A stretch of DNA of 58,033 nucleotides, counting the filler, from Asterionella formosa (lineage: Eukaryota), in NCBI GenBank assembly GCA_002256025.1. It is 7 parts of 7 records of this genome, joined end to end, with 100 filler letters (N's around TTAATTAATTAA, not from the genome) between each part and the next. Parts side by side here need not be neighbours in the genome. Positions count along the whole stretch, not along the records: positions 8,309 to 16,512 come from NKIB01012300.1; positions 16,613 to 24,818 come from NKIB01012301.1; positions 24,919 to 33,124 come from NKIB01012302.1; 4 more parts are not named here. One strand, 5' to 3'. Every line of letters starts with the position of its first letter. Positions within the stretch are counted from its first letter, which is position 1. A program made the translations under genes and the position numbers. Of this stretch, positions 13,870 to 25,353 are shown in pieces. The notes under the pieces are model-generated. The model made no database searches, was not told where the DNA came from, and was given only the letters and a program-made list of their open reading frames with translations.

Positions 13870-14735
13870 AAATGAGTCCGTTTCAGCGCCACTGTAGCTA
13901 CACAGTATTCAACATCATGCTACAAGCAGATTAATGAACCACAACATTTAACCAGAAACTCATGGAGATTGACCAAAAAATTCCATTAAACAGCATCATT
14001 GAATTGATTGAGGCTTTTGACAATGTCCACGCATCCAAATCAGACCCAAACAGACCGTTTCTTTGCCACGTTACCTACACAGTACAAACTGAACAACAAG
14101 CAGATGAAAGCACCACAAGAACTGCCAAGGAACTTATGGAGATTGACCCCAAAGACCGAAATAAATTTAGCAGTATCATTAAGTTGAGTAAAGCTTTTGA
14201 CAATGTCCATGCATCCAAATCAGATCCAAACAGACAGTTTCTTTGCCACGTTACCTACACAGTACAAACTGAACAACAAGCAGATGAAAGCACCACAAGA
14301 ACTGCCAAGGAACTCATGGAGATTGACCCCAATGACCGAAATAAATTTAACAGTATCATTTAGTTGAGTAAGGCTTTTGACAATGTCCATGCATCCAAAT
14401 CAGATCCAAACAGACCGTTTCCATAACACCACATCTACCCTGTACGCACTGAATAACAAGCAGATGAAAATGAACTACAAGAACTGAAAAGAAACTCATG
14501 GAGATTGAACCCAATGACCGGAATCCATAAAAGAGCATCATTAAAATGAGGAATGATTTTGATGATGTCCACAGATCCAAATCAGATCCAAACAGTTTGT
14601 TTCCATCCCATCGTATCTACACCTTACACAATGAAAAACAAACAGATGAAAGAACCACAAGAGTTGACAAGAAATGCATGGAATTCGACCATGATGACCA
14701 ATATTCATTCAACAGCATCATTTAGTTGAGGAATG
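13870..14735 (+). repeat. About 180-bp tandem repeat (about 4.5 copies), partly open as 60-aa protein repeats (ORF 13962-14363)
   Basis: ATGGA(G/A)(A/T)T anchor (ATGGAGATTGA in the first four units) at 13962, 14136, 14316, 14498 and 14678; copies 2 and 3 are near-identical. Confidence 0.92.
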
Positions 14736-15055
14736 CCCAGAGGAATTTTAGGAAAGATGCAATGGAACAACCAAAGAAAAAATCCAGGTTCTTGTTCACC
14801 TGCAAGACAAGTATTTTTCATGGACCTGGCTAAAAACTTCTTTTTACAAGACTCCTGCATGAGAGACTGATCATCCTAATCTCCCCCCCCCCACCACATT
14901 TTCAGGTCTATGGAGCACAATGAATACAATCCTGTAGCTAGGCTACTATTACTTATGAACTGTAAAACTTTCTGATGCATAGTAGTAGTACATATATTTG
15001 TTTTGAATACCTAGTTTATAGAATGGTGCTGGTATTAGTAGTGTTACTCTATATA

Positions 15056-15420
15056 GGGAATGACTTACTAGTGGTGTGGCACGTTGCCTTTGATCTGGGG
15101 TTGTGAGGTTTGATTCCCGCAATTTTTTTTGAGAAGCAATTGTTGGGTTCAACTCCCACACTCCTTACCGTCCTGCATGGTCTAGCCTGGTGTGCAAGAA
15201 ATAGTGGGTTGCCCCCCTACAAGCAGCTTGTGCCGCCTTCCTCCTAGGCGGTCGGAGTTTCCCCTCACGCTGAGGCTAAGATGATCACCTTTCGCGAAAG
15301 GTGGTTGGGGACTCACCTAAGCTAACGAAACTAGGGAAGGGAAGCACAGGTCTTGTCAGCAGGTAGCACAGCCAATGACAGACTTGCCTAGAAATAGAGG
15401 AGCACGAATGGGCTATAAAA
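15056..15420 (+). ncRNA. tRNA-derived (SINE-like) element with a highly structured RNA body
   Basis: A-box TAGTGG (15069), CTTTGA anticodon-like loop, B-box GGTTTGATTCC (15107), T8 run, a second T-arm GGGTTCAACTCCC, then several GC-rich stems with G-U pairs on the + strand. Confidence 0.5.
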
Positions 15421-16512
15421 CATGCTAACTTTGAAATATTGTTACATTATATATTTAATACTGTACATATACAAGTTTCAATGACTTTTATACTGAATAT
15501 TGATAGCACACACTAACTATAGTATGCTAGCAGGCTACCATTAGATTTGAAACCATTGCATTTACCTATGATTCTCAATATTCAATCATCACATTAAAGA
15601 AACTCATGTTGTGTTGCCATCTAAAATTTGCCTTTGTTGGAACCACATGAAAGGATTGGGTTGGACTGCAGCATGCATGAAAGTGCAATCAAATGCAAAA
15701 ATACCCTAATTCTCTGAAAGATACTTATCAGTACCTGTGTACACTAGTGCCCTACAGTGTTTTGTAGGGACAGACAAGGAATGGTAGATCCGCAAGTTAT
15801 ACAATGACTGTTTAGCTCCCTTACCGCACAGATGAAAAAAATGATACATGGTAAACCTTTTCGGAGTATGAAGTACTGGTGAGAAAATGATAGTTCATGA
15901 TGAAAAAAAAATAAGGTCAAAAATGAAGGAGAACCAAGTGATAAAATTTGACAATAGAATTGGTGTTTGTCTATTCCATGTTTAACAAATTGATGTAGCT
16001 TAAGTTTGTAATCAAGAATTGTGAATAATAGGTACACTTTGGGTGAAAACTCAAATAAGCCTTAAGGTAAATATAGATCATCCTTTTTAATTTATCATGC
16101 CGATGTAAGAAAACATTGAGATGTTTTGAGATGCGACAACTCAGCAAATATAATTTATGTCAAACATACGCAACAGAATTCCTGACATTGCACCAAGAAG
16201 TTGGCTGAACTTTTGTGGGATTGTTATGTCCTCTCCTGTCGTTTGAGCCAGGTACAAAATGTTTGGTAGATTGATGTTGGAGAGTATGCACGATTACTTG
16301 TGCCTATAATTGTAAAGAGTCTGGATTTTCGAGAGTTCTCCTTCTTGATAGCGCTAAATGCAGTTAGCTGTAAAATGTACTGAAATCTTCGAAACCAGGT
16401 GGTGGTTGTCCAGTCTCACACCAATGCGTGATAGTGATTTCCTTCGTTGTCATGTTCATTCCCACAAACCTCATGTACTCCTCCAAAGGACGAGCAGTTC
16501 CCATACCATATT

Positions 16513-16612
16513 NNNNNNNNNNNNNNNNNNNNNNNNNNNNNNNNNNNNNNNNNNNNTTAATTAATTAANNNNNNNNNNNNNNNNNNNNNNNNNNNNNNNN
16601 NNNNNNNNNNNN
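16513..16612. other. Artificial scaffold spacer
   Basis: N44-TTAATTAATTAA-N44. Confidence 0.97.
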
Positions 16613-16614
16613 CT

Positions 16615-19494
16615 GGTTGGCTCCAACGCTCTTCAGCTGCACTCGCCACTAAAAGAATTGCTTCCCTAAAAGTCCTCCACATGGGCACGACACCCAACTA
16701 CAACGGCGTTCACGTGGCCAAGACGGGTGGTCGGGGCGCCAATACTGCCTCGCAGCAAGCGCTAGAACAGGATTTATCTCTGGGGGCTCCCCCTGCTCGT
16801 CCCAAGGGAGGACACTTCATGACCAAGGGTGGGATTCAAATTACTTCCAATGTCGAGCCTGTCCATTTCAGTCGAACTTCGACGACTGGGTCTGCGGCCG
16901 CCATTGAAGATTTGGTGGACAAGCTGGACAATCAACGAGGGGTCTTGTTGACTTCGAGTTATGAATTTCCGGGACGCTATGCGCGTTGGTCTCTTGGCTT
17001 TGTTGATCCACCCGTGCAAGTGAGTGGGAAGGGTAGCAAATGCAGTATTCGCGCATTGAATGCGAGGGGGAAGATATTGCTTCCCATTATTCTGTCGTCT
17101 ATGGAGCGGTTAAAGTCGGACGGAGTCCTTCAGGCGATTGACGTTCGCTACGAGGCGCAGCAAGGAACTGGTGATAGCTTGGATCGCATGGCGTCTCAGA
17201 TTGACGTCACTGTAGTGCCTCCATCTGCAGTGGGGACCTTTAGTGAAGAAGAGAGATCCAGACAGGTACGAGATTCATTCCATTACACTGAACCATCGGT
17301 ATCGTTAGCCTTATCCATGTAGCTTATTCTCGTCTTGTTGAAACAGCCCTCACTGTTCTCTGTGGTGAGATCAATTATTGACATGTTCTCTTACCAAGGT
17401 GGAGATGGTCAGCTCGGGCTCTATGGAGCATTTGGATACGATTTGACCTTTCAATTTGAACCCATCAAGGAGTCGCAGAAGCGGGACCCAGAACAACGCG
17501 ACATTGTCTTGTATTTGCCTGATGAAATTCTAGTTGTTGACCAAGACAAGCGCGATGCCTGGAGAGTCAAGTATGAATTCTGCGTCGACCAAAAGTCCAC
17601 GCAAGGTATGCGTCGAGGGGGCGATGTTGATCCATTCCAAGCATTTCGACCGGAACAGCCATTTGAAGCTCGAGATACGCCTCGAAATGAGTTTGCGAAT
17701 TCAGTCGAAAAGGCCAAACGTGAATTTGCTGTTGGAAACTTATTTGAAGCTGTGTTGTCTCAGACATTTAGAGAGAAACTACCGGAAGAGACCCCTCCTT
17801 CCAAGCTCTTTCGTCGATTGAGGAACAGGAACCCAGCTCCGTATGGCTTCATGGTTAACCTCGGCGAGCAAGAGTATTTGGTAGGTGCATCTCCAGAAAT
17901 GTTCGTAAGATGCGAAGCTATTGAAGAGAATGATTACAGACCAGGGGCCTTGCGTGTTGAGACATGTCCGATCTCTGGAACTGTGGCACGTGGAGTCGAT
18001 GCTTTGGAAGATGCTCAAAATGTCAAGTCGTTGATGATGAACGCAAAGGAAGAATCCGAATTGACCATGTGTACTGATGTCGACCGAAATGACAAATCCC
18101 GAATCTGTGAGCCAGGATCTGTGAAAGTAATTGGACGTCGGCAGATTGAAATGTACTCTCGATTGATTCATACTGTTGATCACGTTGAAGGTTACTTGCG
18201 GCCAGAGTTTGATGCTCTTGATGCCTTTTTATGTCACACATGGGCTGTCACTGTCACTGGAGCTCCAAAAACTTGGGCCATTCAGTTCGTTGAAGATAAC
18301 GAACGCTCACCTCGATGCTGGTATGGTGGTGCTGTAGGCATGGTTGGCTTTGATGGATCCCTCAACACGGGGTTGACTCTACGGACAGTTCGAGTCAAGA
18401 ATGGCATTGCTGAAGTACGAGCGGGGGCCACGTTGTTGTATGATTCTAGTCCACCAGCCGAAGAACTAGAGACGGAGCTCAAGGCGTCAGCCATGATTGA
18501 TGCAATTGTGATGACTGGGCCGGAAGACGCCGGTGAGGCAGTTGTAGCTGAGGTTGAGCGCAAGTTGATTGGTGACGGAAAGAATGTAATTCTAATTGAC
18601 CACGAAGATTCTTTTGTTCACACCCTTGGAAACTATCTTCGACAGACTGGTGCTCAAGTCAAAACTCTCCGTAGCGGGCCTTCGGCCCTGGCAGCCATTG
18701 AGAAGATGGTTACAGAGAACAAAAAGCCCGACATGATTGTCCTTTCGCCGGGCCCTGGTAATCCCTCTGACTTTGGGCTCTCTGACAGTATTGCGTTAAT
18801 GATCAAACACAAGATCCCTGGTTTTGGTGTCTGCCTTGGATTGCAGGGCATGGTTGAGCACTTTGGAGGAACTCTTGGCGTTCTTGGCTATCCTATGCAT
18901 GGGAAGCCATCTCAAATTACAGTCACTGCTGCTGGAAAATTCGAAGGTAGCATTTTTACCGGATTACCAGATAGTTTTGAGGTCGCTCGATATCACTCTC
19001 TGCATGGCATCCGCGAGCGTCTCCCTTCCACTCTAGAAGTGACGGCAACCAGTGACGACGGCATTGTAATGGCCATCAAACACAAGAGTTTGCCTTTTGC
19101 TGCTGTTCAGTTTCACCCCGAGTCGATTTTGACCAGTCCAGCGCACGGACTTGCTATTCTATCGAACGCTCTAACTCTTTTGTCTTACAACGACAGCGAG
19201 GACGAACAGCCACCTTCGGGGGCTGAGATTGTGGGTCAGTTGGAAAAGATGTCACTTCATGACCTACAAGCCAAGTTATGCACTGCCAAGCTGAGCACAG
19301 TTGGCAGCAAGAGTGAACTAGTGGTACGATTGGCCCTTTATGAACACAAGCGATACGAAGGAAAAAGAGGACGATTATTATTGAATGACATGAGTGAAAT
19401 CGAACTTCAAGAGTTGAAACAAGGACTTGGTTTGAAGGTTGATGCTGAATCGCGGGACGAAGTGATGAGTGCCTTGGCAGAACGACTTCTGTGA
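16615..19494 (+). CDS. trpEG: Fused anthranilate synthase alpha/beta (TrpE-TrpG), 5'-partial and probably plastid-targeted; intron 17266-17346
   Basis: TrpE motifs LLTSSYEFPGRYARW, NPAPY, GASPEMFVR, CPISGT and TGAPK; glutamine amidotransferase motifs IDHEDSFVHTL, SPGPG, GVCLG and QFHPES. The GTACG...CAG intron joins ORFs 16681 and 17335. The frame stays open up to the scaffold edge (GWLQRSSAALATKRIASLKVLHM), which reads like a transit peptide. Confidence 0.96.
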
Positions 19495-19714
19495 ATTGTT
19501 TGATGAGGCCGATACTGCTTTGATATATCTTCAATAAGTAAGCGAACTTATCTTCAAGATTTCTCGTTTCAAGTCAAGTCTCTTGATGTTTCCAGTCGAT
19601 GGATGGGCCTGCTCTGTTTCAAGTGATCGTGTAGAAACCAAAGGGATTATGCACATTTTACGCCGGTCCAACTAAAATTTTGTTATAAACCAACTATTAA
19701 GTTGCAGCTCTATC

Positions 19715-19756
19715 ACTCTACCGTAGTATTCAAGACTCTACCGTAGTATTCAAGAC
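19715..19756 (+). repeat. Perfect 20-bp tandem duplication ACTCTACCGTAGTATTCAAG x2
   Basis: Seen directly in the sequence. Confidence 0.9.
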
Positions 19757-21838
19757 AGTAAAATTGTTGGAAAAATGTTTCTAGGACAATCTGCTTTGCT
19801 GGATCCTCTTGCTATTCAAAACCAGCAACCAGGATACCGGTAGTGGCTAAGTAATAGATTTCATGGTTATTGGCAAATGATGAATCCGAGACTATTGAGG
19901 ATGCCTCCTCATTTGTAGCACTTCGACCGCCACTGCATCGTTTACAATGGAAGATTGCAACTACCGGTTTAGGGGCGCTATGGATGCTGGGACGAAGGTG
20001 TTCTCTCCATTGCTCGGGTTTTTGTTTGAAGTAAGGGAGGGATATACTACCTAGCGAGCTTATCATTCTAATTTAAGAATAGATTTATATATTAATATGT
20101 ATATATACATATAAAATGTGTTCATATTTTACTTCACATACCGGTACTGGCACCGGAGTTCTCTGTTTTATCGTTGTTAGAATACCGGTAGTTAATGCGA
20201 AGGATTCTACCGGTAGTCTAACATATTCTGCAAGAAGGAACCATGATTCAACATATTTTCACAATAATAAAATACCGGTGTATTCGGATTGAGAAAAACG
20301 TCACATACTGGGTATATTATGTACTCCATTTACAATACATTTTTTAACCGGGCATAAATGTACCGGCATATTGGGTCCCCGTACCGGTAGCCGGGCGCGG
20401 CATTCATTTGAAGTCATTCATTGGTGAACAGTGAAGAGTGCGTATGGTGGAGGTACATATGTATGATGAAAAAGGATACGCACATGTGCGTGAATTCCGG
20501 TATACCGGTACATGGATTTATGGTACCTGGTACCAGGTACCAGTTACCAGGTAGACAGTCTACTGGGATTGACATCAGAATATCCGACAGTGTAAATAAC
20601 AAATGAATAGAGCACCCATTTATAGTTGAAGCAAATATTTGGAATGGATTTCTGTGTCTAGGTGGCATATGAACATGCTACCAGGTATCATCATGATATG
20701 TTCAATGGTTGATTTTATCTAAGTTTACTACCAGTAGTTTATCAGATTGTACCACTCCCTGTCTTGGATACATCTTAGTACTTCTTCTGGTGTGAAGGAC
20801 TTCACTGCTGTCCTAGTACAGAAGCAAGTGCTGATGCTTACAAATTGTCAACATGATAGCATGCTAAACATTCAGAGTTTGCTCATGATAGCATTTGTTT
20901 TTCTCGTCACATCCATTTGACTTGTGCATTTTGCTGCAACGCCATCTCGTCTTCACAAAACCCTCTGATCATGATTCCAACTGGTTTTGGACCCTGTCCA
21001 CAAACACCACCCCAACTTGTGCAGAGTATAAACTGGTGCTCACAATGCCCACCAGAGCAAAATAAGGGTTTTTCTTTCTTACTTGCTGTACTCTCACAGC
21101 CAACAGCATGGGAGATATTTTGTATGATGGTGCAATCAAAGCAGACAGCAGATAGGGGAGATATTTTACCACAAAGACACACAATAGAGTATATTTTAAT
21201 GTGGAAGGTGGAGAAGGTTGGATTATGCTTCCAAAATGGTGACACAATCATACTATCTTTGCCCAAAGACAGTGTTGTGTTATTGCCATGATAATGTCAG
21301 AGGGAGGCNNNNNNNNNNNNNNNNNNNNNNNNNNNNNNNNNNNNNNNNNNNNNNNNNNNNNNNNNNNNNNNNNNNNNNNNNNNNNNNNNNNNNNNNNNNN
21401 NNNNNNNNNNNNNNNNNNNNNNNNNNNNNNNNNNNNNNNNNNNNNNNNNNNNNNNNNNNNNNNNNNNNNNNNNNNNNNNNNNNNNNNNNNNNNNNNNNNN
21501 NNNNNNNNNNNNNNNNNNNNNNNNNNNNNNNNNNNNNNNNNNNNNNNNNNNNNNNNNNNNNNNNNNNNNNNNNNNNNNNNNNNNNNNNNNNNNNNNNNNN
21601 NNNNNNNNNNNNNNNNNNNNNNNNNNNNNNNNNNNNNNNNNNNNNNNNNNNNNNNNNNNNNNNNNNNNNNNNNNNNNNNNNNNNNNNNNNTGACATAAAC
21701 AAAACTGATGCTGATAGAACGAAAATTGTTTCGATGAACTTGCTGCACCTGTAACGGTACACTTGCTGGTTCTCAACATAAATATTTGTGCAGTCCACGG
21801 TGACGGAGTTACAAACATACCGGAAAAATCCATTCAGA

Positions 21839-23374
21839 ATGGCCCTCAACGGATACCTTGGCATTGATATTGGGACGCAAGCTCTTTCAATTGTCTTCTG
21901 TGATCAAGCTGATTTGAAAGTTCTGGCGACTGGTGAAGCCGATTATGGAATGGTCCCTGATCTTGCTGACGGAAGCTTTGAACAGCGCACTGCCGACTGG
22001 GAAGGGGCCATGGTGAGAGCAATGCAGCAAGTCCGTCGAAAGCTCGGAAACATTGAAGTGATGGCCATTGGAATTTCTGGTCAGATGCACGGCGAAGTAT
22101 TGGTGGACGGTGAAGGCAACCCTCTGGGATCTGTAAGAATCTGGTGTGATGCTCGAAATGAAGAGGAAGGACTCGAGTTGACCAAAATTTTCAAAACAAA
22201 AGTACCAAAACGCAGTACTGCTGCTCGCTTCCTGTGGACATGTCGGAACAAGCCTGATAGAGCTAAGGACACCCGCCAAATCACAACTCCAGCAGGTTGG
22301 ATTGCATTTCGGCTGACCGGAGCGTGGACTCTTGGAATCGGTGATGCCTCTGGGATATTTCCTATCGACCAGAGTACTTTGGAATATGACGAAGCATTGC
22401 TGAAACTATACGATGCCATCGTCGGCGACGGCATTTCTCGTTCAATCAAGGCTATGTTGCCTAAAATTTGCGTTGCTGGTGAAGATGCCGGGTGCCTGGA
22501 TAAATGCGGCGCGAAACTCTTGGGCCTTTCTATAGGCATACCGGTAGCTGCCGCTGAAGGTGATCAACCCGCTGCTCTAGCAGGTAGTCTGATTTCCAAG
22601 TCTGGGATGGTCAGCATGTCGTTTGGTACTTCTGTGGTAGCTAATTCTGTTGGTGACCGAGCTTTTCAAGGTGTTTCACCATCTGTCGATCACTTTTGTG
22701 CAGCCGATGGCAAGCCAATCAATATGATTTGGATCCGAAACGGAACCACCTTTATGAATGAAATAGTTTCAATGTACGCCGATGTCCTCACCTGTGGAAA
22801 TGAAGCCGGCTTTGGATCCATTATGCCTCGCTTGGTCGAGGCAGACGCTGACTGTGGAGGTTTGTTAGCGCTTCCCTTCATGGATGATGAACCTGGCGTT
22901 GGTGTTAAGCAGGGAGGTACCGCCATGTTGATTGGTTTAAATCGTCAGAATTTGTCAGCTGGTAATGTTGCAAAGGCTGCTTTGTTGGCTCCCATTTTCA
23001 ATCTAAAGCTGGGTTCCTCTGTCTTGGTTGAACAAGGTTATCCTCTAACTGAAATAATTCTTTCCGGGGGAGTCATTAAGTCCCCTGAATGCGGGCAAAT
23101 CGTGGCCGACGTCTTCAACACGCAAGTTACCCTATTGGATTCAGGTGTCGAAGGAAGTTCCTTTGGAGCCGCCATCATGGCGAAATTCAGACATGAGCGA
23201 ATCCAAGGATCCACGCTAAGCTGGGACGAATTCTTGATAGGGATTAAGGTCGGGGAAGGGCATCGTTTTGAACCCAATCCTGAAGCAGTGGCAGTATATG
23301 CAAAAGGATTTGAACGCTACAAAAAACTTATGGCTATCCAACCTTTGCTATGCGATGCCATGAATATAAAATGA
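21839..23374 (+). CDS. FGGY-family carbohydrate kinase, xylulokinase-like, intronless
   Basis: YLGIDIGT, GISGQMHG, IWCDAR, GDQPA, SFGTS and LSGG motifs. First ATG is at 21839. Confidence 0.9.
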   Translation: MALNGYLGIDIGTQALSIVFCDQADLKVLATGEADYGMVPDLADGSFEQRTADWEGAMVRAMQQVRRKLGNIEVMAIGISGQMHGEVLVDGEGNPLGSVRIWCDARNEEEGLELTKIFKTKVPKRSTAARFLWTCRNKPDRAKDTRQITTPAGWIAFRLTGAWTLGIGDASGIFPIDQSTLEYDEALLKLYDAIVGDGISRSIKAMLPKICVAGEDAGCLDKCGAKLLGLSIGIPVAAAEGDQPAALAGSLISKSGMVSMSFGTSVVANSVGDRAFQGVSPSVDHFCAADGKPINMIWIRNGTTFMNEIVSMYADVLTCGNEAGFGSIMPRLVEADADCGGLLALPFMDDEPGVGVKQGGTAMLIGLNRQNLSAGNVAKAALLAPIFNLKLGSSVLVEQGYPLTEIILSGGVIKSPECGQIVADVFNTQVTLLDSGVEGSSFGAAIMAKFRHERIQGSTLSWDEFLIGIKVGEGHRFEPNPEAVAVYAKGFERYKKLMAIQPLLCDAMNIK

Positions 23375-23725
23375 ATCGATCGAGTTATCCTACCTGTCCT
23401 GACGGATTTGTGTGATAATGGAGTTTTTAAGCACAAGCTGATTCTCGCACTTGCTCATGCATTTGGTCTGTTTGAGCTCGTCTACGATAAAGAGAAGTAG
23501 GTACAAGGATTTTAAAATATATTTTTTTCGTTCCGCTCGGAGAACATACCATTTTGACTGCATGGCTCAGATTTTGTGGCAGAGAACATGCGAAACAGTT
23601 GTTGTGGTGCATGGGTCATACTTCATTGCTTGATCACTTGTCCGATTCTACTTCGACTACTTGTTTGTTCACATAATCCCCTTGGATCTAGGAGTTTCCT
23701 TTCCACTTTTGGCACGCGATTCCAG

Positions 23726-24672
23726 TCATGGATCATCGGGAGAATATAGATCGTAGATAGCACTCAACTCACTGATATATTCCTTGAAGTTGACTTGCAA
23801 TGGCTGCAGGACACCGGTCGTGGGGTCAAAGACGACGGCATGAATTCGAGGTGTCGTATACGGCATGCCGGCCTTGTACGTCGCCATACGTTGACGCTGC
23901 ACAGCTCCCGTCTTGAATAAGTTAATGCACTGCTCAATGACGTTGAGCTCCACAAGTCGGCGGTGCCTCAACTCGGGATCCTTGATGGAGTCCAGTTCCT
24001 TGCGGTGGATGCGGTATCTACGTTTTGAATGGAATAACAATACATTTAACATGAGGGCATGAGCTAGTGACACTGCAACCAAGCGCGTTGCACACACGAG
24101 ACGTACACATCGCGAATGTTTCTCAACCAGTTCTCCAGAGGGGGCGCGTGATCCTTGTTTGTCATGGAAGCTCGAATCCCCCCACAATCATAATGGCCAC
24201 AAACGATAATGTGCGATACCTTCAAGACATTAACGGCGTACTGCAAGGCCGCCATGAGATTAACGTCGGTGTTGACTACCATGTTGGCCACATTTCGCAC
24301 CACAAAGACGGTGCCGGCGTCCTTGCCCATGACCTCGTTAGCTGGCACCCGAGCGTCAGCACATCCAATCCACATGTAGTCCGGCTTGTGGACTGCCCCC
24401 AGTTTGTTGAAGTATGCTGGATCCCCTTCCTTCTTCTCCTCAATCCACACCTTGTTCTGCGCAAAGACATCAAGAAGCTCCTTGTCGGGACGAGGCTCTG
24501 AGGCTTTGCCGTTGGTATCCAGCGCGGGCGAAGGCGCTGCGATCGTCGGCGCAGCTTTCTTCCCGAGACGACTTCTGATGCTCTTCAGAGGCGAGAAAGC
24601 GACTACTGGGGAGGCGGATGACACCAAAGCTGTTGCGACTGCAGCTGCAGTTAGGGAAACAAGGACTTTCAT
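23726..24672 (-). CDS. Plastid beta-carbonic anhydrase (PtCA1/PtCA2-like); exons 24672-24107 and 24017-23726
   Basis: Zn ligands in GCADARV and CGHYDCGG, plus the RNVANMV motif. Signal peptide followed by a VAF-SP bipartite motif. Intron 24106-24018 (GTACGT...TAG) restores DVYRIHRKEL. Confidence 0.95.
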
Positions 24673-24818
24673 GATCGTACGAAATTATTATCCTCTCATG
24701 TAGCTGTGGCTGATGTGCGTGTGACTTCATAATGATGCATTGAATCTGATTTTTTTGTCGTTGATGATGATCGGATTATGTCACTTTTGTGCTGCCTGGT
24801 TCAGAGTTTTACAGGTTA

Positions 24819-24918
24819 NNNNNNNNNNNNNNNNNNNNNNNNNNNNNNNNNNNNNNNNNNNNTTAATTAATTAANNNNNNNNNNNNNNNNNNNNNNNNNN
24901 NNNNNNNNNNNNNNNNNN
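24819..24918. other. Artificial scaffold spacer
   Basis: N44-TTAATTAATTAA-N44. Confidence 0.97.
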
Positions 24919-25353
24919 ACATACCGTTATATTATCAATAGATTTGCACCATACTGGTAAGGATGAGCAGGAGAGTGACGAAAGTGAAGAAGCAAGCAGG
25001 GTCGTCTGAACAAACACTTGTGCTGCGTCGTCGTAATATTTGTATGATATTATTATTTATTATGTACCGGGCGTTAGTCGTCTACCGGTGCCGATATAAG
25101 GTAAAATGGGGAAGTCTCAAAACGAGGAATAGGTACACGGAACTGCGAACTTTTCCAATTATACTCATTATTATATGCTGAAGGCTCAGAGTAATCTACC
25201 ACTATTTTTCGGAGTTCACACCCAATTGGCAAAAAGGTAACAGGGTACATGATGGAGAGAACAAGCAACCTGACATGAACAAAATGACGCAGAATTAAGA
25301 AAATGTCGTTTCGTAATAAATGTAAATTAAACATACAAAAAGTTCGTTCCTCA

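Noticed and set aside
13962..14735. CRISPR-like array
   Set aside because: Units are whole 180-bp tandem copies with no unique spacers; eukaryotic context and no cas genes.
15056..15130. Functional tRNA-Gln gene
   Set aside because: The acceptor and anticodon stems do not pair and the B-box is mutated; treated as tRNA-derived only.
15255..15420. Hammerhead ribozyme, RNase P/MRP RNA or group II intron domain V
   Set aside because: No intact CUGANGA core with matching stems, no CR-I/P4 pairing, and no AGC-triad D5 helix.
21218..21864. Long ORFs spanning the N-gap (likewise 55913-56887)
   Set aside because: Artefacts of translating Ns.
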